A stretch of 32,000 nucleotides of DNA from Ruminococcus albus 7 = DSM 20455. GTDB lineage: Bacteria; Bacillota; Clostridia; Oscillospirales; Ruminococcaceae. Shown in pieces: positions 24,850 to 32,000 of the stretch (its first letter is position 1; every line of letters begins with the position of its first letter). The stretch lies in NCBI RefSeq assembly GCF_000179635.2, contig NC_014824.1, positions 180,001 through 212,000 on the forward strand. Direction: 5' to 3'. The translations under genes and the position numbers were made by a program. A model generated the notes under the pieces. It made no database searches and was not told where the DNA came from. It worked only from the letters and a program-made list of their open reading frames with translations.

Positions 24850-24922
24850 AATTACACCTCCATAAAAAGAGGGGCTACCCCTTGCAGGATAGTCCCATTG
24901 GACTTAACCGAACTAAATTTGG

Positions 24923-25420
24923 TCAATCATCTATCATTTCAAATAACTCTATATCATTTTCCATAGCAAGCTGTTTAGCATTCTTAGTAAACTTAGAATT
25001 GGTAATAACCGCAGCCTTATTAGCGTTATAGTGCTTACGAGCAGCGCATACCTCTTGTACTGCCTTCACTCCGACAGTACCTTTGTACCGCTTACACTGA
25101 AATACCCAGCTGTTACCACGCCAATCCCTTGCTGTCAGATCAGCACCATAGTCACCTGTTATAGGCGTAGTCTGCACCTTCCGAAAACCTCTACCTAATA
25201 GATACTTAGCACAGTATAGTTCGTAGTCCCTACCTGACATATTTTCAGTCTTCTTTGACTTATTGATCAGATATAACAAGCAGGCTATTATTAGTGCAAT
25301 GACTAATGATACTACACTATTACCATACTGCTTGTTTTCCAGATCCGTTTTGAATATTACCAGAAAGAAGACCAAAAATATAACTAGGATAATGTTTACC
25401 AGGTCTTTGACAGCTTTCAT
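24923..25420 (-). CDS. membrane-anchored Mrr_cat-type restriction-endonuclease-fold protein
   Basis: 165 aa. Two N-terminal hydrophobic helices are followed by GRDYELYCAKYL...GDYGADLTARD...WVFQCKRY...AAVITNSKFTKNA, the Mrr catalytic-domain pattern (D...QCK). Its start lies 4 nt after the recombinase stop. Confidence 0.75.
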   Translation of the reverse strand: MKAVKDLVNIILVIFLVFFLVIFKTDLENKQYGNSVVSLVIALIIACLLYLINKSKKTENMSGRDYELYCAKYLLGRGFRKVQTTPITGDYGADLTARDWRGNSWVFQCKRYKGTVGVKAVQEVCAARKHYNANKAAVITNSKFTKNAKQLAMENDIELFEMIDD

Positions 25421-25424
25421 ATGA

Positions 25425-26186
25425 TCACCCTTTCAAAATCGGTTCATGTACCCCCTGTACCCAGTTCATTTCCTTTCCATACTTATACATTCCCTGATAT
25501 AAAGGTTTATTGTTAGCTATGCTTCTCGCACTTGTATTCTGGAATTTAGTCCCCTTACGAGTTCTATATCCGAGATCATTCGGTTCATCAGCTATGGTAA
25601 GCATCGGTATTTTTTCATCGAGACGCTTAAACACATATTCAACTATAGGCTTTTCTTCATCGTTGATAATAAGCTGTCCATGCTCTATCTTATAACCATA
25701 AGGACACCTTCCACCTGCATAGCCACCACACTGAGCTTTCATACTCCTACCTTTCCCGGTACGAAGTGCTATGTTCTTACGCTCTTGCTCAGCCACAAAT
25801 TGCAGCAAAGCTCTATAGATATTGGCAAACTCCCCACCCTCAACAAAATCTTCTTTGGTAGAAAGCAGTTTTATATTCTTCTTTTCGAGAGTGTACAGAT
25901 AGTAAAAGTACAACTTAGTATCACGAGCAACTCTATCATTCTTGAATACTATCACTGCCTCAAATGGTGGGTTTGTTATATCACCATAAAGTATTTCATC
26001 GAAAGCAGGACGATTATCGGAAGCAGCACTCACTTCATCGATCTTCCAATCGACTATGGAATAATCATGCTGATCAGCATAGGACAATATCTCTTTACGC
26101 TGAACATCTATACCATACTTATCATCGTTAGCCTGCTGAACTGTTGAAACTCTTATATAGCCTATTGCTTTCTTAAGATCTTTCAT
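25425..26186 (-). CDS. serine recombinase, N-terminal portion of the large-serine-recombinase type (253 aa)
   Basis: The catalytic motif AIGYIRVSTVQQ and the resolvase domain are followed by the first part of the recombinase domain (GGRCPYGYKI...). The protein ends right after GVHEPILKG, with no Zn-ribbon or coiled-coil. Confidence 0.8.
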   Translation of the reverse strand: MKDLKKAIGYIRVSTVQQANDDKYGIDVQRKEILSYADQHDYSIVDWKIDEVSAASDNRPAFDEILYGDITNPPFEAVIVFKNDRVARDTKLYFYYLYTLEKKNIKLLSTKEDFVEGGEFANIYRALLQFVAEQERKNIALRTGKGRSMKAQCGGYAGGRCPYGYKIEHGQLIINDEEKPIVEYVFKRLDEKIPMLTIADEPNDLGYRTRKGTKFQNTSARSIANNKPLYQGMYKYGKEMNWVQGVHEPILKG

Positions 26187-26438
26187 AATGATACCACTTT
26201 GTTGTATTTAGTATAGCATGTTTGTATTTACTTGCCAAGAGGTTTTTGCAAGTTAAATGTTTTTTTTGCGGAATTTTCGACACTCATACGCCCGGCTTAT
26301 ATACCCTCATTCATTCCCCCGGTACCCGATTTAACTGCTAACATGCAGCAGCCGGAACCAGATCGCATAAATATATACAATTGATATATGTTAGTATTAT
26401 TTAAAATGCTGATTTGTATTTAATCTTGAAATTAATAA

Positions 26439-26466
26439 CCTCTGCTTGGAAGCTTCCAAGCAGGGG
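26439..26466 (-). terminator. terminator of the three-gene minus-strand operon
   Basis: A perfect 22-bp palindrome, CTGCTTGGAAGCTTCCAAGCAG (26442-26463), is extended by C/G pairs. On the minus strand it is followed by TTATTAATTT. It lies about 100 nt downstream of the stop at 26569. Confidence 0.65.
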
Positions 26467-26568
26467 CTACTTTTGGTGGCGCAAAAAATCTCACTCCCCT
26501 ACCCCGATAGTCTCTACTGTTCGAGCGTATGATCAGTTTACTTTGATAGTTCTTATGCAGATCTGATT

Positions 26569-28116
26569 TTAAAAAGGAAATTTAATTTTCGCCTTAGCTG
26601 AAAAATCCGAGAAAGCATTTTTTACATCATCGAGTGCTTCCGGTACTACTTCAGAAACTGTATCCACCACTCCAGATGCTAGATCCTGTGCTTTTTCAGC
26701 AATGATTTCAGCTCCTTCAGCACCAAGTTCTACGGCTGTTTGATATGCTTCAGTAGCAAGTGCGCATCCTACTGTTCCGCCAACAATAGAACCTCCAACA
26801 CTGCCAACTGGTCCTGCAACAGTACCGATAGCTCCACCAACAGCTCCACCTACCACGCTTCCCGTGACAGCAGCCGCATTTTCTCCCAAATTATATGCCA
26901 GTTCCTTTCCGCCAATTTTTCCCTGTGCATAATCTGAGATATCATCATATGATTCAACTGCGTAAGAAACCGCTGCTGCCGGAAGGCATGATCCTCCGAC
27001 TTTGCTTATCAAAGCACTCGAACTCTTACTCATAGTCTGTGATACAGCTGTTGAAATAAAAGTTGTTCCATAAGCTATCCCTCCAGAAGCTGCTGTATCC
27101 TTAGTAACATCTACAAATGCTTCCTTAGGAGTTATTTCACCTTCCATAACCTTATTAACATTGTCAACTGTAGATACGCACGCAGTTATCGAAGCAGATA
27201 AAGCGGCACTTTCAAGTCCGGCTTTGTTGCCGACACGAGCTGTTTCCTGTGCAAATATTTTAGCCGTATACAACTTCGGATGCTTTGTAGCAGCTATTGC
27301 TTCGCTTGAAGTAACAGTACTCTTTTCGATCATCTGATCGATCTTATTGTACCTATCGATAGAAGCCTGTTTTTTTTCAGCAAGCTCTCTATTACCGCTT
27401 TTTGCTGCATGCCGATACTGTTCCTCAAGTTTTTCGATTTTTTCAGGAATAAGTTGTTTAACATCATCATAATAATCTTTAGGTATCTCCATTTTATCAA
27501 CCGCGCCATCATTGAAGTATTTATCAAATGATTTTGATTTCAGCTTTCTAAGGCACTCTTCTCCATTTTTACCGACGAATTTGACTTGAACTCTTTCAAC
27601 AATGTTTCCATTGCTGTCTATGCGAACTTTATCTACATACTGGTCGTTCTTTGCAATACCTTTAATTGCTTTATCTGCAAGGTCATCTACACGATAGGTG
27701 GTGATGCCTGAGCCTGAGATCTTTGCTTGCATATTCTCTTTTGCTGTACTAATGACCTCTGCTGAAAAGCCTGAATGTTGTTTTAGATTTTGGTGATAAT
27801 TATCCGGATTTATCTTCCATGCCCCTATGTCTTTCAGTCCTAGCGTCTTTTTTCCATCACCAAGATCCTCTCCGCTATACATTTGCTTTGCTGTATCTAA
27901 AAAATTATTTCTAAAAGCAGATAAATCGGTGTTTTCAGCAAGATCAACATCCAGCCAGTTTGTAATATTTTTGTCGATAGATTCATTTACACCGCTGAAA
28001 ACTCCAGCTTCAGGTTTTATTGAACTTTCAAAACCACTGTGCAAAATTTTCATTTTAGATTCAATATCAGAAATACTGTTATCTAATCCACTTGTTTCCG
28101 GTTTATCAAAATTCAT
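26569..28116 (-). CDS. hypothetical 515-aa protein with a C-terminal glycine-zipper hydrophobic region
   Basis: Its ATG overlaps the stop of the upstream ATPase gene (TAATG), and GGGGGAG lies upstream. The C-terminal region reads GSVVGGAVGGAIGTVAGPVGSVGGSIVGGTVGCALA (about aa 415-455). The N-terminal soluble domain contains GFSAEV...NDQYVDKVRID...ERVQVKFVG, a possible D...QxK nuclease-fold motif (weak). Confidence 0.75.
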   Translation of the reverse strand: MNFDKPETSGLDNSISDIESKMKILHSGFESSIKPEAGVFSGVNESIDKNITNWLDVDLAENTDLSAFRNNFLDTAKQMYSGEDLGDGKKTLGLKDIGAWKINPDNYHQNLKQHSGFSAEVISTAKENMQAKISGSGITTYRVDDLADKAIKGIAKNDQYVDKVRIDSNGNIVERVQVKFVGKNGEECLRKLKSKSFDKYFNDGAVDKMEIPKDYYDDVKQLIPEKIEKLEEQYRHAAKSGNRELAEKKQASIDRYNKIDQMIEKSTVTSSEAIAATKHPKLYTAKIFAQETARVGNKAGLESAALSASITACVSTVDNVNKVMEGEITPKEAFVDVTKDTAASGGIAYGTTFISTAVSQTMSKSSSALISKVGGSCLPAAAVSYAVESYDDISDYAQGKIGGKELAYNLGENAAAVTGSVVGGAVGGAIGTVAGPVGSVGGSIVGGTVGCALATEAYQTAVELGAEGAEIIAEKAQDLASGVVDTVSEVVPEALDDVKNAFSDFSAKAKIKFPF

Positions 28117-31100
28117 TATATCTCCCCCTTTGCTGTCAGTATATAACAGATACTGTCATATTCGTCATCAGAAAATCTCTTCAGTTTATTTTTTACAAGC
28201 GCTTTCAGTTCTTTAGAACCTTCGATTCTCATAAAAGTCTTGTCATCTATATCTATTACAGCTTGTACAAATTTTTTCAGTATAGGTATATCCTGAGTTT
28301 TCCATACCATAATACCACCATAAAGGTCATACTCTTCTATCAGAGAAGATATTCTGTTTTTGATATCACGAGATATATTAAGCACCTTTAATGCTGCCCG
28401 CAGGCTACTTTCTTCTATCTTCTTTCTCTTTATCCACGGCTGCATAAGCATACATATCAATTCTGAACGTGCTTCTTTGATCGGCTTTATCTCTGTTCTG
28501 GATTTGTATACATACGGCGAATCGATGATGTTTGCTTTATTTATCATAGTAAGCACAGGATTAATCCAGTCATTTTGATATACCACAGCAACACCACTGG
28601 GGAGTTTCGCTATCTCATTTACCTGATCCTCGGTCAATCCGACAGAGCGTCCAACAGCTTCCCTGTCATTTGCTTCCGGTGTTCTCAGAACTATCTTTGT
28701 GTTTGTATTCTTTATGGCTGCAATATCTACCGATGAAGGCGACTGATCAACGATTATAAAGCCTTCACCATATGTTCTTATTTCAGCTATAGTGTTTGTA
28801 AGCATTTCAACGGATTTTCCGATCAATTCTGATGAACCGCCATTACCCGTATTTTTAAGTAAGTTGTGTGCTTCTTCTAGGACAGTTATGTGCTTAAGTC
28901 CGTTATTATTTTCTGTTTTCCTGTCAACACGATATTCATTCAGGATATATACGATCAGTCCCATGAGAAGTGCTTTTGTTTCAGTTGATTTCACTCTTGA
29001 TATGTCTATTATACAGTTATTATCAAACAGTTTATAATACGGGGTCTGATCTGTCGTGAAAATATATTTGTTTAATCCTACCGTAAGCGATTTTACTCTT
29101 GTCAGCAACGCACCTCTGTAATTTGATTTTATATCAGAAGCATAATCCGAATTATCTATTAACATCCCGAGCTGTTCGGAAAGAATTTCAAAGTCCGGAT
29201 ATTCCGCAACATCTCCTTCAAAAGTTGAAGAGCCAAGATCCCAACCTACAGCTTCGTAGGAGCGAAGTATAGCATCCTTAAAAAACGCAGGCATTGCATC
29301 ATACATCGGCCAGCATACTCCGAATATTTCCACCAGACCGTCAACATGCTCTAGTACATGGATAGATTCAGGGAATCGGAACGGATTAAGATTTATAAGA
29401 TCTGATATTTTGGGATTAGTAGAATATACATTAACATCATCCCAGTTTCCAAAAACATCTTTGTATTCACCTTTAGCAGGTTCGATAACAAGAAAAGGTA
29501 TTTCATCCTGATGCAGCTCTGCCAGCATCTGATAGACGGCATTGCTTTTTCCCGAACCGGTCGAACCGGTAATGAATGTATGCATATTAAGGCTTCTGTT
29601 ATCAAGCTCAACTTTTTTCTCTGTTATCTGTCCGAGATCAAATACTCTGCCAAGTAACATAGTATCATCAGATTGGTCTTCTTCGCTTTTTGAAAATAAT
29701 CTATATGAATTAACTTCTTTTCCGAATTCTGCGTGTTCAATTACCGGTAGTCCGGGAACCGTAGTCCTTGGAAGTCCCAGGTGCAAGCCCAGATCCTTTC
29801 CACTAACTGATGTGGCTGCATTCACAAGTACATTTCCTCCATACACAAAGCGAGGATGCATAAATCTGGAAAGGTACATCGTCAGATCTGAAAAATTCCC
29901 CACAGTCTGCGGATTATTTCTTCTCCACGAATTTATAGCTGAAACTTCTCTTCCTGATTTTTCACCATTCATAAGTGACCGATAATTGCTGGCAGCAATT
30001 TCAGCAGCTGACATATCATCAGAGATAAAATAACCTGCTGTGTCCCACATACCGTAACTGTCAAATTCATCAGTTCTTTTAAGATTTTCATCGATAAGCG
30101 CCATAAGATCAACGACTGTCTTATTCTCTGTTGTGGACATAACCGAGTTTGATGTTGTGGTCGTTACCTGTTCATTCGGAGCAAGGGAGTTGATAAAACC
30201 ATTAAGCTGACCTGAGATCTGTCCGCCAAACATTGCTCCTGTACTCAATCCTCCTGCCTTACCAATAGCTGCAGCTCCACCTATGGCACCACCTACAACA
30301 CCGGCAATTGATAATACAGCACCCGTTATCATAGCAGCCTTCTGTTTTCCGTTCATTTCAGCAAAAGATCTGGAATGTGAAGATGAATCAGTTGTACTGT
30401 CAGTATACTGAACTCTTGCCAACGGTGATAGCTTGGTATACAGATCCTGATAACTTTTTCTCAGCATCTGAACCGTCTGCGGAGACTGATTTTGTGCGAT
30501 TATAATACCTGTGTATTGTCTGCCATACATTGCAAGAGCCAGTTTTTCCAAGCCCTGAACAAACTGTTCATTTGCCTGTTCCGTATTTTTACAATTTCCA
30601 ACAACACTTACCGATGCAATATTGTTCTGATCTAATATTTTTCTTGACAGTTTTCCAATGCTCGTCCTGTCTTCGCTAACTATTTTAACTCCGGGGAAAT
30701 TTCCGATAAGTGTATTTTTCAGTGTATCACCAAGCGTCACCATTGAACGCTTTTCAGGATCATCATCTGATGTATTGCTCCTTACCCCGAGATAAAAATT
30801 TGTTTCATTACCATCAGAATCAATTATTATGAAAACCGATGCGTTATATGTAGATAATGTATTAAAGACCGTAGTAAATTTATTAGTAACAGACTCGCCC
30901 TTACGATAAACCATCTCTGTGATCCTATAAATACGAATATTATTTATTAGTTCATTTTCAAGAGAAGGTAGATCTCCAGCCGGAGCGATCTCCATTTCAT
31001 TAAGTCGTGCCAGATATTTTTTTCTTATACCCTCATCTATTATCTCAAGACGATTATCTATCGTCATTTCTTCGGTCGATGTCATCACATCAGAGTTATA

Positions 31101-31118
31101 GGTAGCTATTTCGTCCAT
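28116..31118 (-). CDS. 1000-aa HerA/FtsK-type (DUF87-like) P-loop ATPase with N-terminal domain and internal glycine-zipper segment
   Basis: Walker A FITGSTGSGKSNAV (about aa 515, encoded around 29541-29576). Walker B ITVLEEAHNLL (about aa 745, around 28859-28890). Downstream block IIVDQSPSSVDIAAIKNTNTKIVLRT. The Gly/Ala-rich hydrophobic segment AAMITGAVLSIAGVVGGAIGGAAAIGKAGGLSTGAMFGG lies at about aa 260-297. The start lies 6 nt after the upstream stop. Confidence 0.8.
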   Translation of the reverse strand: MDEIATYNSDVMTSTEEMTIDNRLEIIDEGIRKKYLARLNEMEIAPAGDLPSLENELINNIRIYRITEMVYRKGESVTNKFTTVFNTLSTYNASVFIIIDSDGNETNFYLGVRSNTSDDDPEKRSMVTLGDTLKNTLIGNFPGVKIVSEDRTSIGKLSRKILDQNNIASVSVVGNCKNTEQANEQFVQGLEKLALAMYGRQYTGIIIAQNQSPQTVQMLRKSYQDLYTKLSPLARVQYTDSTTDSSSHSRSFAEMNGKQKAAMITGAVLSIAGVVGGAIGGAAAIGKAGGLSTGAMFGGQISGQLNGFINSLAPNEQVTTTTSNSVMSTTENKTVVDLMALIDENLKRTDEFDSYGMWDTAGYFISDDMSAAEIAASNYRSLMNGEKSGREVSAINSWRRNNPQTVGNFSDLTMYLSRFMHPRFVYGGNVLVNAATSVSGKDLGLHLGLPRTTVPGLPVIEHAEFGKEVNSYRLFSKSEEDQSDDTMLLGRVFDLGQITEKKVELDNRSLNMHTFITGSTGSGKSNAVYQMLAELHQDEIPFLVIEPAKGEYKDVFGNWDDVNVYSTNPKISDLINLNPFRFPESIHVLEHVDGLVEIFGVCWPMYDAMPAFFKDAILRSYEAVGWDLGSSTFEGDVAEYPDFEILSEQLGMLIDNSDYASDIKSNYRGALLTRVKSLTVGLNKYIFTTDQTPYYKLFDNNCIIDISRVKSTETKALLMGLIVYILNEYRVDRKTENNNGLKHITVLEEAHNLLKNTGNGGSSELIGKSVEMLTNTIAEIRTYGEGFIIVDQSPSSVDIAAIKNTNTKIVLRTPEANDREAVGRSVGLTEDQVNEIAKLPSGVAVVYQNDWINPVLTMINKANIIDSPYVYKSRTEIKPIKEARSELICMLMQPWIKRKKIEESSLRAALKVLNISRDIKNRISSLIEEYDLYGGIMVWKTQDIPILKKFVQAVIDIDDKTFMRIEGSKELKALVKNKLKRFSDDEYDSICYILTAKGEI

Positions 31119-31124
31119 CTTTGT

Positions 31125-32000
31125 TTACCCCCTTTCGATCAGATGAAGTTTATCATTTATCTGAGAAAGCCAATCCATATCATTCTGCAAAAGCTGTTCA
31201 TCTTGCGAAAGCTGTTTTGAGACGATCTGCTTTTCTTCAGTCTTTTGCTTTATTATCTGATGTATACGATTATGATAAACATTTGCAAGAACAGCATAAT
31301 ACTTTGTAAGAGTTTCTGTCCAGTTATCGACAACTCTCTGACAAATAGGACCATATTCTTCCACTGCCAGTGTTCTCCACGCTTCATATGTATATGTTAC
31401 TTCCATTACCTTATCATTATTAGCATCAGCATTGTTTTTCAACCTATCGAAAAGTGATGCCTTGCGAACTATATATTGTTCTGTTTTGATATCCATAAAC
31501 TTTTCTGTAAGTGATGGAGTAATATACTCCTTTGCTTCGTAATTGAAATCCACAGTTGGTTCAAAATCCGGGTCCATTTTTGTATCAGAAAACCATTTTC
31601 CGAATAGTTGATCGATCTCTGCGCTTTTTGCCACAGAAGCACTATCTATTTCCGCTACAAATTCAGAATAAAATTTATCAAGCATCGTATTAAATTCTGT
31701 AGCCATTGCAATTGCTTCATCCATATTAGTAGTCTTTGTCTTTTTCTTTCTCCACTCGGAAATTTTGAAGAAAAATGATTTCATTGAAGATACATATTCC
31801 GTAGGTATGATCAGATTATCACGCTGATTGAAAAGATCATCAGCGTTTTTTAGAGTATTTATATCGTTTTCAAGTGAATCGATCTTCCTATGTATACCTG
31901 AATTTACTATCTTACTCTTTTCATTCTCCTCATCTACATCCGCCTGTAACTTACTGATAGTACCTTTTAAAATCCCAAGAACTTTTGTAATGTATTCAGT
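31125..32000 (-). CDS. coiled-coil-rich protein, 5'-partial (runs off the window)
   Basis: The frame of track ORF 31125-31784 stays open, with no stop or start codon, for all 72 codons up to base 32000. The gene therefore begins beyond the window. The visible 291 aa are rich in heptad-like E/K/Q/L. No family recognised. Confidence 0.7.
   Translation of the reverse strand, partial: TEYITKVLGILKGTISKLQADVDEENEKSKIVNSGIHRKIDSLENDINTLKNADDLFNQRDNLIIPTEYVSSMKSFFFKISEWRKKKTKTTNMDEAIAMATEFNTMLDKFYSEFVAEIDSASVAKSAEIDQLFGKWFSDTKMDPDFEPTVDFNYEAKEYITPSLTEKFMDIKTEQYIVRKASLFDRLKNNADANNDKVMEVTYTYEAWRTLAVEEYGPICQRVVDNWTETLTKYYAVLANVYHNRIHQIIKQKTEEKQIVSKQLSQDEQLLQNDMDWLSQINDKLHLIERG

Noticed and set aside
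26202-26422. The 9-mer TTGTATTTA occurs three times (26202, 26222, 26414) upstream of the serine recombinase. These could be recombinase or res-like sites.
   Set aside because: It is a short AT-rich word in a very AT-rich intergenic region. It has no dyad symmetry or res-like spacing, so its significance is marginal.
1-32000. I searched for CRISPR arrays, tRNA or rRNA genes, and reverse transcriptase or retron-like elements.
   Set aside because: I found no regularly spaced direct repeats of 25-40 nt, no cloverleaf-like or rRNA-like conserved segments, and no YxDD-type RT ORF. The only multi-copy elements are the 18-bp palindrome and the short repeats reported above.

Overview
This 32-kb window looks like an accessory, mobile-element-rich stretch of a low-GC Firmicute (Clostridia-type) replicon. 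It is probably a plasmid or an integrated element. That is an inference from the gene content: parA/parB, an HTH-S24 (LexA/CI-like) repressor, MobC, TnpV, two incomplete large serine recombinases, a decayed IS200/IS605 element and a Phd-PIN toxin-antitoxin pair. I support about 30 protein-coding genes or gene remnants. I recognised no rRNA, tRNA or CRISPR array. All family calls come from motifs read in the translations, not from database searches. Five items deserve a second look. (1) A tightly coupled minus-strand operon at 26569-32000 runs off the window edge. It encodes a coiled-coil protein, a 1000-aa HerA/FtsK-type ATPase with an internal glycine-zipper hydrophobic segment, and a 515-aa glycine-zipper protein. 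I cannot assign it to any named defence, secretion or conjugation system. (2) A Ser/Thr-kinase-NB-ARC(STAND)-TPR protein of 904 aa is co-transcribed with an unclassified 385-aa partner (1489-5417). (3) An 18-bp perfect palindrome, TGTGTCACGCGTGACACA, occurs four times. It resembles parS. Three copies lie around the repressor and parAB genes, and one lies inside the IS element just upstream of tnpB. (4) A 44-nt promoter module is duplicated between parA and tnpB, which suggests an intact TnpB/omega-RNA unit has been wired to plasmid-maintenance control after tnpA decayed to an HUH stub. (5) An ABC-exporter operon contains a protein with GRPxPPxE decapeptide repeats.
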